Below the pieces are notes generated by a model. The model had not been told where the DNA came from. It saw nothing but the letters and a program-made list of their open reading frames with translations, and made no database searches. Source: Macrostomum lignano (taxonomy: Eukaryota). Taken from it: a DNA stretch of 64,000 nt. Both the position numbers and the translations under genes were made by a program. Shown here in pieces: positions 36,625 to 49,627 of the stretch (position 1 is the stretch's first letter; every line of letters starts with the position of its first letter). The DNA lies in contig NIVC01002351.1 in NCBI GenBank assembly GCA_002269645.1, forward strand, positions 62,001 through 126,000. Direction: 5' to 3'.

Positions 36625-37583
36625 AATCCCCCCACTGGTTACTTTTATTTTCGCAATTCATCATTAATTACAATATTTAAAAAAAAATATTGCAGATTCC
36701 AATTACAGTTTTTATAGATTAGGCTGTAGACAGAACGAAAATATGATTAATACAATATTGATTTTATTGGTAACTTTATTGAAAAAAATGAATCGTGTGC
36801 AATACAATCTGTGGGAAAATGCGATAAAAATTGAAATGCTTGTACAAGTATTGAAAAAATGTCCCAGCGTATTGGAGTTAAAATAAGTCTGCTTGAAATT
36901 TCGAGAGGAATATGAAATAATATGAAGCGGATTCAAGAGTTCAAACGAAAGGATAAAAAGTAAAAAAACTAGTCAACAATAGATGAAATGATATCATGTA
37001 CAAATGTAGCTACGAGTATTTTTACGTAGAGGTATGATGCAATATAGTTAATGAAAAAGAAAAAAACTGCAAATTTTCATGATGAAAAAATCATTTTATT
37101 GGCGTATGTTTTTGCTTTTCGAAGCGACTCTTTTTTCCGCGACTTACTTAGTCATTTTTTCAGTATGTCTCCACTTTGTCTCTGTTTACTCTTTTTCTCT
37201 CACTCTCTGCCCAGTTCAGTCTTGTTATTCTTATCTTTCACTGGCTGCCTTCTGATCGGCTCTTCAATCTTGCCTCTCTCATTGCCTCTCGTTGCTTCGT
37301 CTACCGGCTTCTCAACTCTTCGCTTGGCATCTCTTTCTACTCTCGGGCTGTCGGTCTCGTCTTCCGTCGGAGTCTGTGCCGGCGGCATATCTCGCCGGTT
37401 TCTCTCGTCAATTTTCTTCAGTCTGTTCCGCTCATTCTCGCTTGTCAGTATCCAGTGTCATTCGTTCTTTATATCAACTCGATTTCTCATCTCATTCTGG
37501 TATTCAACAGACTCAATATGCTTCTACATTTTTTGTGAACTGAACAAGACGTCATCAATTAAGAATTAAAAGTCGCGACACTC

Positions 37584-38422
37584 CTAACAGATGAAGGCTG
37601 TCAGCGTGGCCAAGATGCTGCCCTGACAAGCGGGACACCGCGACGCGGTACTCAAGCACCGGTGACAGGCGCTGAAGTGAGTGCAGGGCAGGATCACGCG
37701 GTCTCGGACTGACGTTTGGCAAACCATGCATCGATCGCTCGATGATTCGGCGAGGCCTTCGCTAAAGTTTCCCACTGTAGTCGGCGGAGCGGCAGCCGAC
37801 GGCACAACCAGGGCAGCCGGATGATTAACTTGAAATTCCGTATTTTGCGCCGTTGTCGGTAGAGGCATTTCCTGCAAAACCGATCGAATATCTACAGCCG
37901 AGAGTAAACCCATCGACGAGGTTGTTTCCAGTGCATCCTGGCAGGCCAGGACCTTCTCAATCAGGTCACCCGGTCGGCGTGGTGCCGGCAGGTCCAGCAA
38001 GTGGCTGTGAGCGACTGTGTAGTCAACCAGACGTCTGGGATAGCCGAACGATTCAACTATGCCGCTGATTGGCTGTTCGATGCTGCTGCGAAGCGTTTGC
38101 AAAGTTTGCACAGCTCTGCTCTTCTCCGATTGGTCAGCTTGAGTCAAAGATCCCGTCTGGGACAGCAGGCTGACCAGGCGATAGTAGCTGCACTGCAAAC
38201 CTGTGGCAGGATGCTGCTGTATTGCACCAGCTGTAGCTTGCTGACCGCAGCAGTAGCAAACCAGCTGTCCGGACTCCGAAGCCCGGAACAGGCCCGCATC
38301 GGCTACGGATTCTTCCGCCGCCGATCTCCTATCTGGCTCGGTATTGGCTAAAGAAGCTAGACGAGGAGATTTCAGAGCATGGCTTGGATGCCGACTGGTT
38401 ATGGAGCATTTCAACCATAGTA
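37584..38422 (-). CDS. IAP-like protein: divergent BIR, UBA-like segment and C-terminal RING (main exon)
   Basis: RLASL...ADAGLF...VCYCCG...QHPATGLQCSY (BIR-like); GIVESFGYPRRLVDYTV...LIEKVL (IAP UBA-like); C-x2-C-x11-C-x-H-x3-C-x2-C-x6-C-x2-C RING at the C-terminus. No in-frame ATG before the BIR. A phase-1 acceptor (TTCCAG) at 38423-38424 fits a candidate first exon 38902-38764 (ATG...G|GTAAGT). Confidence 0.85.
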
Positions 38423-41171
38423 CTGGAATTGGAGTAAAAACATAGATGAAGTACTTTAAACAGTAGTTTGAAGCGGAGTGATGCTTGTTAGCGATGTTAA
38501 TTCAGATTCATCATGCCGTGCTGCTTATAAAGTTTAATCTGCAAGAACTAAATAGTTGGTAGACTTTTTTTTCCAGTTAAAAATAATTTAAGCCATCAAG
38601 CTTATGGTCAGCACTTGCAGCTGATTTCTGTCTCTCTAGTAATGAAAAAGTGAAATAAAATCATCATTATGCCGAAACAAGAATTGAAACGAATTTAAGT
38701 TAACACAACTGCATATTTGACTTACCTATAAAATCTAAGTTCCATTATCCATCAAAAACTTACCGCTAAACAGGTCCGAGAATAGATGCTTAACATCGCG
38801 AGAATTAGAATTCTGTCTGCTAAAAAGGTCTCTAAGAGAGAACTGCCGTACGCCCACAAATTGGAAGCCTGGAAGTGGGTATTTGCATATGCAACGCTTC
38901 ATTTGTGAAATAAAATAACTGCATGGCCTTTTACTTCTATTTTTTATCGCATTTATCGCATATCTCAGGGTTTAGCGACTATATTATCAAGGTACACGGT
39001 AGGAATCAAGGCGAGACTTCCTAAAATTGGAAAAACAATACTTACGATGCTCACCCACTGGATGTCAGGCGTCTCAGTGTCGCGCAGGATCTACACTCCA
39101 AGCATACAGGAGGATCACGTGATCCTCTACAGAATAGAAGCTGTTACCCGAGAGACATGTTGTTTCGGCATAATCAAAGAAATACCATAATTTTCTTTGG
39201 CTTAGAAAATAACACTATTTTTTATAGTACAGTCCCTAAGCTTAAGAAGGTCCACGACATTTGACAGGCCTCAATTTCACTTATGTCGTCTATTCATAGC
39301 TTCAAAATAATACGCAGATTAATTATAGTTTTGAAAGCCATGAAACAATTTTGCAGCCTACAAGCCACTGGCCATCGCTTGATGACGATAACAGCAGGCA
39401 TGCAAAGCGGCATACTTTATTTAATTATTAGCTAGATTTCTGAGTAATTAATATAATTAATATTATTATTACATGCGATAGGGTGAACATGAATATATAA
39501 AATTATTATTTATTATATAATGAATACCGTGGGAAACATAAATTTTAGCAATGCAGAAAAATTATGAATCTTAGTGGCTTTCGGAAAATGCCCTGGACAA
39601 CCACCTACCCAGTACCGAAGCTGCACACATGGAGCCTAGATACATGGAGCAATTGCAGCTAAAATATTTCGGGTATCTTAACTAGTTATGGCTAATATGT
39701 ATGCCGCTGCTAGTGACAATATCATATATCGTTTCTAATATAAGGGAAAATGGTTAACCAAAACATAATTCGTAATAAAGTTTACATAAATGTGTGCAAT
39801 TTACATATAAGTAATGCGCGATCCAGTGCATTTCGAGCGACTGTAGCGTCATCTGCGTAGCCTGTGTTTGCGGAGCCACCGATGATTGCTTCAAGTCGTT
39901 CTGCGCTGCGACGCGGCAGTATTAATGCGTATTGCATATCTCGCGTTGCTCAAACTTTAGTAAGCTAGATGCCCTTGCACTGCCCCCCTATTGGGGCTCA
40001 AAAAAGCGGGTAGAATATACAACAGTGCCGTGTTCACAAGCTTTTGTAGACATTTTCCAAGTCAGCTGACGCTTTGTTGTACAGGGAATTATACGTGGGT
40101 TCTATTTTTAGAACCAGCTGCAGTACCCTGTAGGTCAACCCTGGATCAATAACGTAGTACGTCTGCTGCATTATAGATTGTAGACATGCAACAAGACTGC
40201 ACAAATGTAGGAACCCGAGTTTGAATTTTAAAATTGTAATTTTTTATGAAATAGCTTTTCAAATGTCAATAAAACTCAAAAAAGAAGCGTCATGTAAATC
40301 ATAAAGAGTTTATTGGTGAATTGCTAATACGTCAAGCCGCGTGGGAAATTTCTGAGATGTCAATTCTGTCAATTTCGGCAATGTTTCTAAAGTTGTGTTG
40401 TGATGAAATAATTTATCAAAACGCAACTTTTGGACATTTTGGACTTTGGACAAACTGGAAGAATTATAATTAGGATTTGAATTGCAGTTCGAACAGATAA
40501 ATCTCCGAGCTTGAACTACTTTTGAGCAATACAACTACGAAAAGGCAAGCGAAATAATATTTGTTTCCCGGAGGGGTCATGACCCCCTTAATATTCTCGG
40601 GGTGGGGTAAGCCAACCCCCTACGCAGTTTCAGGTTGAGCTTCTCGTAGTGCAGTTTTAGTAGAATATAAAATAAACTTTGACTTAAAGCCTCTTAATGT
40701 GTTCGTCACGTACCTCTGCTTGAGGTAAGCATATGGTATTATTCCGAGAACCCGCAACTTTTGAACTTTCAACCTTACAATTGTGCGCACGAGCTTCAAA
40801 AGCCCGCGGTAGTAAACACAGATTTACAAGGTCAGGCGAGATCCTTACTTCTAAGCATGGAACGAAACCTACAATGTCTGCAGGGAGTGAAGAGCCCTCC
40901 TTATCAGATAGCAGGAAAGACAACGTTGAAGCTACGTTGTCGTTGAGACTCTATACAATAGCAAGGTACAGTAGCAATCAATCGGAAAAACTCCTTGCCA
41001 TTCTATGTAACCTATAAGATCCAACGTGCCAATCTGACTCCACCAGCTGGTGCTAAGAACTGATAACTGCCGGTTTCGTGTTATATAAACAGCCAAATTG
41101 TAGCAGCAATTACAATTCATGATATTTTGTGTATTTTGTTTTATAGGTAAAATCAATATTAGCTTTTAAAA

Positions 41172-44100
41172 ATGAAATTCATCGGCCTCTGTATAGCCGC
41201 TTCTCTGCTGGTCGGCTGCGGTAAGTCTACATATACATCTAAGATTCAGCCAAGAACGTTGAAGCAACAAACTATTTGTTTGATTAGACGCAAAATTTCA
41301 GTAGCTCAAAAGAAGACTCAGAGAAAAATCATATAATATACAATGTGATAAAAACTCCACCTATAATTCCACCTATTTTATCCCTAATTAAACCTCTGAC
41401 GACAGCCGTCGCGCAGGACTGGGACGACCTTCGTGTCAGGTTTGGCATGAATCCGCTGTCCAACTTCGTCCAGATGCCTCGGACTGTTGCCGACGCCACT
41501 AGCCAGGGCTTCAAGCAGGAGACCAACTGCGATGGTGCGTTTTGATGCTTTGTTTGTTTTTATAATTTCTTGCGGCTTGTGGCGGTTAGGGAGAATTAGG
41601 CTTGGGAAAATATTGGAAACGGTTTCTACAGCTGATTTTCTACTATGTTAGTTCGATGTTGAATAAGCTATACTTACTAAAAACTGCATTTCTCGATGAC
41701 ATCGAAATAGAGAATAGTATACGAGTATGAGGACAAACTTTCAATTTGTCAGGGAGATTGACGGATATAAGCAACAATCTGCTAGAGCAGGGGTCAGTAA
41801 ACTTTTTCACCTCAAGAACCAGATAGAGAACTCAGCGCATGACTGCGGGCCAGAGAGGGGAGAAACGAGACGGAATAGAGAAGAGAGATAGGAGAAAGAA
41901 GAGACAAGGGAATAAAGGAGAAGAGAGGAGGAGAGAGGAGGAGAGGAGAAAAGAGATAAAATAAGGAAGGAGAGAGAGAAGGAAGAGGAAAGAAGATGGG
42001 ACAGGAAAGAGAGAAGGGAGAGGAGAGGAGAGGAGAGGAGAGGAGAGGAGAGGAGAGGAGAGGAGAGGAGAGGAGAGGAGAGGAGAGGAGAGGAGAGGAG
42101 AGGAGAGGAGAGGAGAGGAGAGGAGAGGAGAGGAGAGGAGAGGAGAGGAGAGGAGAGGAGAGGAGAGGAGAATAGAGTAGAGTAGAGGAGAGGAGAGGAG
42201 AGGAGAGGAGAGGAGAATAGAGTAGAGTAGAGGAGAGGAGAGGAGAGGAGAGGAGAGGAGAAAAGGGGAGAGGAGAGGAGAGGAAAGGAGATTGTAGAGA
42301 AGGGAGCTAAGAAGAGATACTCATACAAACCTTGAGCAGACCAGATTGCTATTGTGAAGTTTTAAATGACCCTATGGACCGATAGAGAGGCTCTGGGACC
42401 GGGAGTTTGTTGACCCCTATACGGAAATACGGAACTGCAGTACACAGCACACGGTACAACGTGCAGATAATCAATGACACTTTCTGTACAAAAGGAATAT
42501 AAAAACAACAACAGCAGACGAGCTAAAAAATCGCCTCGAAGATTTTCCCCGGCTAGTCTTTCTATTTGTTATTCAATATGTCTTCATTTGCCTCTTTGGC
42601 TTGCTATCAGGTGCCGCGAACAAGTTCCTCGGACACAGGTTCGTTCACAGGAACGGCGACCGTTCCATCATGCTGCTGTACGATGTTAACGGAATAATTG
42701 CCGGAATTCAGACTAACGTGAGAGCGCCAACCGATGTTCAACCAAGCGTTTGCAAGTTTTAATACAGTTTCTAAAAGTTTAAAATGCACTTTTCTATCCG
42801 CAGGTGCCCAAGTCTACCGGCTTCCCGACAGCTGCTCACAAGAAGTTCCACGACATGTGGGTTGAAGAGCCGAATGCCCATGTGCTCACTGCCTACTTTG
42901 TGGATCCCAGTGAGTTTGAATAAGAGCTGACCTCTTCTATAGGATGGCTACTGTACAACTGTACACTGCTCAACTCTTGCACCAAACACCTATGACACTG
43001 AACTAAAGGTACCACTATCTAAGAGCTATAATTAGATACAACTGTCTGAACTGTGGGTAAACATAATTTGCTAAAATTGTTTATTGCTGGCCTATCTATT
43101 AGTCATAACATTATATGTTATGACTAATAAAACACAGAAAAAAACTGTCAAGAACAACAATTGACAAAAATATTGACGAAAATATGACATATTATTTGCA
43201 AATCCTATACCAAACGAGCGTATTAGATATCAAAAGTAGGTTTCAATAATAACCCAAAGCTAAAAATAGAGTCGAGATTATAACAAAATCTTAAAGATTA
43301 CGCTTGTATAGGTGCAACCGTGACCAGCTATTTCCAATAAACTGTCAACTGAATTTGGGTTCCTTTTATTTAGAATGTACACAAACTCTGAACCGTGGAA
43401 GCTTAAACCGATAACAATCTTCTTCCTCAAGGCATCGTGTGCACCACCGGCCGCAGCGCCGCCCAGTTGAACAACCAGGGCACTGGCACCGGCCTCTATC
43501 TGCAGAAGGGCCGCGCCAACAGCAACAGCGGCGTCAACTCTTTGCGGATCCCCAAGAACGAGGCTGACATGCCAAGCACTGCCTGGACTAAGGGCAAGTG
43601 CTTCGTCTTCATGGGTAAGTTCGGATCCCAGATCCTCAGGCTAAGCCGCCACACTCCCAGATCCTCAGGCTGATCCTCCACAACACTCCCAGATCCTCAG
43701 GCTGATCCTCCACGACACTCCCAGATCCTCAGGCTGATCCTCAGGCTAAGCCACCACACGATCCCAGATCCTCAGGCTAAGCCGCCGCACTCCCAGATCC
43801 CCAGACTGAGCCACCACACGATCCCAGATCCTCAGGCTAAGCCGCCGCACTCCCAGATCCCCAGACTGATCCTCCACGACACTCCCAGATCCTCAGGCTG
43901 ATCCTCCACGACACTCCCAGATCCTCAGGCTAAGCCGCCACACTCCCAGATCCTCAGGCTAAGCCACCACACGATCCCAGATCCTCAGGCTGATCCTCCA
44001 CGACACTCCCAGATCCTCAGGCTAAGCCGCCACACTCCCAGATCCTCAGGCTAAGCCACCACACGATCCCAGATCCTCAGGCTGATCCTCCACGACACTC

Positions 44101-44619
44101 CCAGATCCTCAGGCTAAGCCGCCACACTCCCAGATCCTCAGGCTAAGCCACCACACGATCCCAGATCCTCAGGCTGATCCTCCACGACACTCCCAGATCC
44201 TTAGGCTAGGGTTCAACACTGATTGCCAACAGTCTGCACCAGTCAAATAAACACTCCCTCCCACCCCAGGCCAGCACTATTGGTACAACATGCGCAAGAA
44301 CATGAACTGCGATGACTTCATGCCCTACTTCCTGCTGTACAATGGCGGTAAACTGGACGGTTTCGGCTTCGCCATGACTGCCAACTACAATGGCGAGTAC
44401 TATGAGCACCCGACCGTGTCTGTTGCTGGGGTGAGTCCTGACACAGTGGCCATTGTCACTTCTGAGCACAGACAGCAAGTAGTTACTCCTACATGTATTT
44501 TTCAGAGCTTCTTCCCATTTGTCCCGGACTGCATGCACCAGCCGACGCACCCCCAGACCTTCACCACCGCCCATGTCTACATGTACAAGCGGCCCTGGAC
44601 CAAGCTGTGTGTCTTCTGA
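41172..44619 (+). CDS. secreted 282-aa protein of a conserved, uncharacterised invertebrate family, 7 exons
   Basis: Exons 41172-41220, 41406-41534, 42611-42717, 42804-42909, 43432-43614, 44270-44430 and 44506-44619; GT-AG and phase-consistent. Signal peptide MKFIGLCIAASLLVGCAVA. Motifs WDDLRV, LLYDVNGIIAGIQ, LTAYFVDP..VC..GR, WTKGKCF.FMG.HYWY, PYFLLYNGGKL.GFG, YEHP, HVY. Confidence 0.9.
41788..42419. mobile_element. hAT-like MITE with a (GAGAG)n core, in intron 2 of the secreted-protein gene
   Basis: Imperfect 16-bp TIRs CAGGGGTCAGTAAACT / AGTTTGTTGACCCCTA; no TSD recognisable. Its right part is shared with 58990-59095. Confidence 0.6.
43625..44206. repeat. intronic minisatellite of 29/31/32-bp variants sharing CCCAGATCCTCAGGCT, forming a 92-bp higher-order unit
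   Basis: Direct reading; the variant order A-C-B repeats three times at about 43912-44190. Confidence 0.9.
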
Positions 44620-45407
44620 GCTGTTTAAGCCGCGGTGTTCATCAAGCTACTGAAAGTAGACTAGGAAGATTTCAGTTGAGTAAAGAAATATAAAAAAGTA
44701 GGAAATAAAACTGATCAAACATTGAAATTGTTTCAATTTTTACGTTATTTCTTTGTAATTTGCTTTTGGCATGGCATAAACTGAAATGTTTGCTAAATCA
44801 CAGAAAATTTAATACATGTATGTACTTCTCGCACCTCACAATCCTATAAAAAACAATATTTAAAGCATAGCGTAATATTTTTGTTCACCGCGGCTGGGTG
44901 AATAATACGCTCGTCCAAATGTTAAACAAGAAAAATTTCGAAACTGTGTACCTTCTGTTAAACATAAAGTATTTATTTAATCATTATTCAAAACTAAGAT
45001 ATACTACACAGTTGGTAGTCGAACCTTATTCAAGGCTAAGAAGTACTTTAATATATACTTTATTCACTTTCCAGTCTATTCACTTCAATGCCAGTCTATA
45101 AGTAAAATTCAAAATACGACAAATAGACATCCGCGCACGTGCAATGCATACCAATCACCATATTCTGCGACATCAAGGACCATAAACTAATTTGAGAGCT
45201 GTTGTCATGACAGTTGACAGTGTGGAATGTCTGTCAAAGAAAGCACTGTATGGTTACGAAATGGTTTCTTAGCTCAAGGCTTGAAAAATTAACTGTGTAA
45301 TCGTTATATTGCGTTATTCAAATTAAAAAATCTGCTCGATTTTGAAGTGTGACGACAATTTTGCTTTTATAGTTCATTGTGTTTACATTGAGCTGTCTTC
45401 TCAACGT

Positions 45408-48400
45408 TTATTGCGGAGGCGGCGCAGTTGCCATGGCGAACACCGGGTAGCTGGGCGCCCACTGGGAGGTGCCGTTCACGTTTTTTCCAGCGCCCTCCTC
45501 AGGGTCCATGTTCACCCGGCCGAACATGCACTCTTCGTAGGTGGGCGGCGCTGCGAAAGAGCATATTTTTTAATAGCTTTAACATATTATCAACGCATAG
45601 CCTACTAACGAGTAGCGAGAACTGAATATGAGACTCCAAAAGGAAATTTCTAGCCTCTGTCATAGTGGTGTCCCCCTGTTACAGGGAGCTGTAAGCCCAG
45701 CGGTCTAGCGCGGCGTTCTGGTGTGCCTGCGGCCCAGGCTCGATTCCACGCGCAGTCACATTAATTTGGGCCTAAATTTGAATCTCGGCTTAGCTCTGCT
45801 CGTGCAATTATCGCCCTTGAAGGCCAAACCCCAAGACACAGTGAAGTGTACATGCCTAACGATAAATAAAGTTAGGGCCGCTGTACACTCCTGTGTGAGT
45901 GTGTGCCTGTGCGTATGACTGCGTACGTAAACGCGCGATTGTGTACCTGCTCAGAGGAGTCGGTGGAATGGGCAGAAATGCCTCTCGCTGGTTGTGTGAC
46001 AATTTTCGATATTATCCTATATACTAAAATTTGATGCTATGTTCGAACATTATTCGATGATGTGGGAACATTTTGAAGGGATTGCGTAGGCGAAAACTTA
46101 TCATAAATAGCGCGATGGTTTACGTACAGTATATTCTTCTTACATTGCTACTAACCTAGGCCCCGTGTGAATCAAGGGTAACACTGAGCACTACCATGAC
46201 TTATTGTCACATGAATTCCTGTTTAAAGGTATTTATAGCTAACTAAGTATAAGCTTAGGATACAATTTAGCTCATCAATAGTATTTAAACGAACAATCAA
46301 ACTTGCCCCCCCCCATTCGAGGCGCCCAATAAGCAAGGCTTGCTTTAATATGCTTATATCATATGTTAAGATAAACTAATAAATACATTTAGAGCTACCT
46401 TATCATCTGATCATTTATTCAAAATCTAATCGCTAATGTGCTTGTAATAGTGTAGATGATGATCTACGCTAATTATTAATCACACGCGAGTTCACATCAG
46501 TCAGTAGCTCGTACTTACGGGGCACAGCTGGAGCCGGCGGCTGAGACGTGATCGCCATCATTGGACCGTCATAGCCGTAGCCGGGTCCTTGACCCCACGG
46601 CATCGAGGACCAGAGCGGCACGGTGCCGATCAGCAGCTCGCAGCACTCCTCCTTCATGGACAGGCAGCAGCCACCGTCTGCGTTTACCTGAATGAGTGGT
46701 GTTTGCGCTGTGAGGTAACCTATTCAAAATCCCAATGTGCTCCCCCCGTATTTCAGGTTGATCGCTTTGCTTTTTCATCGATGTAACACTCCCCATTGCA
46801 GTTTATAGTGCTTGTCCAGCCGATAAACACACTCCCCATTGCAGTTTATAGTGCTTGTCCAGCCGATAAACACACACTCCCCATTGCAGTTTATAGTGCT
46901 TGTCCAGCCGATAAACACACTCCCCATTGCGGTTTATAGTGTTTGTCCAGACGATTAACACACACTCCCCATTGCGGTTTATAGTGTTTGTCCAGACGAT
47001 TAACACACACTCCCCATTGCGGTTTATAGTGCTTGTCCAGACGATAAACACACACTCCCCATTGCGGTTTATAGTGTTTGTCCAGACGATTAACACACAC
47101 TCCCCATTGCGGTTTATAGTGCTTGTCCAGACGATAAACACACACTCCCCATTGCGGTTTATTGTGTTTGTCCAGACGATTAACACACTTCCCATTGCGG
47201 TTTATAGTGCTTGTCCAGCCGATAAACACACACTCCCCATTGCAGTTTATAGTGCTTGTCCAGCCGATAAACACACTCCCCATTGCAGTTTATAGTGCTT
47301 GTCCAGCCGATAAACACACTCCCCATTGCAGTTTATAGTGCTTGTCCAGACGATAAACACACTCCCCATTGCAGTTTATAGTGCTTGTCCAGACAATAAA
47401 CACACACTCACCATTGCAGTTTATAGTACTTGTCCAGACGATAAACACACACTCCCCATTGCAGTTTATAGTGCTTGTCCAGCCGATAAACACACTCCCC
47501 ATTGCAGTTTATAGTGCTTGTCCAGACGATAAACACACTCCCCATTGCAGTTTATAGTGCTTGTCCAACCGATAAACACACTCCCTATTGCAGTTTATAG
47601 TGCTTGTCCAGACAATAAACACACACTCACCATTGCAGTTTATAGTACTTGTCCAGACGATAAACACACACTCCCCATTGCAGTTTATAGTGCTTGTCCA
47701 GCCGATAAACACACTCCCCATTGCAGTTTATAGTGCTTGTCCAGACGATAAACACACTCCCCATTGTGGTTTATTGTGTTTGTCCAGACGATAAACACAC
47801 TTCCCATTGCGGTTTATAGTGCTTGTCCAGCCGATAAACACACACTCCCCATTGCAGTTTATAGTGCTTGTCCAGCCGATAAACACACTCCCCATTGCAG
47901 TTTATAGTGCTTTTTCAGACGATAAACACACACTCCCCATTGCAGTTTATAGTGCTTGTCCAGCCGATAAACACACTCCCCATTGCAGTTTATAGTGCTT
48001 GTCCAGACGATAAACACACTCCCCATTGCAGTTTATAGTGCTTGTCCAACCGATAAACACACTCCCCATTGCAGTTTATAGTGCTTGTCCAGACAATAAA
48101 CACACACTCACCATTGCAGTTTATAGTACTTGTCCAGACGATAAACACACACTCCCCATTGCAGTTTATAGTGCTTGTCCAGCCGATAAACACACTCCCC
48201 ATTGCAGTTTATAGTGCTTGTCCAGACGATAAACACACTCCCCATTGTGGTTTATTGTGTTTGTCCAGACGATAAACACACTTCCCATTGCGGTTTATAG
48301 TGCTTGTCCAGCCGATAAACACACACTCCCCATTGCAGTTTATAGTGCTTGTCCAGCCGATAAACACACTCCCCATTGCAGTTTATAGTGCTTTTTCAGA

Positions 48401-49569
48401 CGATAAACACACACTCCCCATTGCAGTTTATAGTATTTGTCCAGACAATAAACACACACTCACCATTGCAGTTTATAGTGCTTGTTTAGCCGATAAACAC
48501 ACTCCCCATTGCAGTTTATAGTGCTTGTCCAGCCGATAAACACACTCCCCATTGCAGTTTATAGTGCTTGTCCAGACGATAAACACACTCCCCATTGCAG
48601 TTTATAGTGCTTGTCCAGCCGATAAACACACTCCCCATTGCAGTTTATAGTGCTTGTCCAGACGATAAACACACTCCCCATTGCAGTTTATAGTGCTTGT
48701 CCAACCGATAAACACACTCCCCATTGCAGTTTATAGTGCTTGTCCAGACAATAAACACACACTCACCATTGCAGTTTATAGTACTTGTCCAGACGATAAA
48801 CACACTCCACATTGCAGTTTATAGTGCTTGTCCAGACGATAAACACACTCCCCATTGCAGTTTATAGTGCTTGTCCAGACGATAAACACACTCCCCATTG
48901 CAGTTTATAGTGCTTGTCCAGACGATAAACACACTCCCCTTTTTAAGTCAGCTAGTTCAACTTTCATCCGTTCTTTTAATGAGCCCAGAACGACCTCCTT
49001 AGTCAGCGTGAATTTACTTACTCAATGTGTAGGCAAATGAACTCAACGCTGAACTCACCCTGAAATAGTAGAACATTTCAATATTGTTGCAGCCCTCGAT
49101 ATGCGAGCTGGGCATCGGGTTCACCGGCAGCAGGTGATCTAAATAGATGCTGGCTCCCTTGGCAACGCCTGGCAAGTCAACCGAGGAGGCCACCCGAGTA
49201 GTGGATCGCGACTTGCTAGTTGCATGGAACACGCATCTCTGCGGGTTGAGGAGATTATTAGTACAATATACTCTATGTACAAGAGAGTTACCTACCTAGG
49301 TAAATCGAAACGGCACTTGTATGTTAGGGGCAGAGAACACTGGTTAAAGCCATCAGCAGTGCAAGACCATCTTATGGCCTGTAGTGAATGCGCCAACAGT
49401 GAACAAAAGGATAGGTTTACTATCATACACAGTTGCAATATCGATCATCGCCTTAAGATTATTGAAGCTATGTACATTAAAAACTGGCAACCAACTTTAA
49501 ATAAACAGTTGGGTTATTCCGGGGCCGGTGCTCTCCTGAGAGTGTTCTAAACGTACACTCACTACCCGG

Positions 49570-49627
<58 letters not shown>

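Noticed and set aside
39039-39050. ATACTTAC resembling the U1 snRNA 5' end
   Set aside because: The following sequence is not U1; better explained as a minus-strand GTAAGTAT donor-like site.
39790-39900. Minus-strand GYADDATV resembling the RT YADD motif
   Set aside because: The surrounding residues do not match RT domains and the frame is short; compatible with chance.
40570-40625. Palindrome GGGGTCATGACCCC and GC-rich stems (ribozyme?)
   Set aside because: No hammerhead or HDV-type core could be built.
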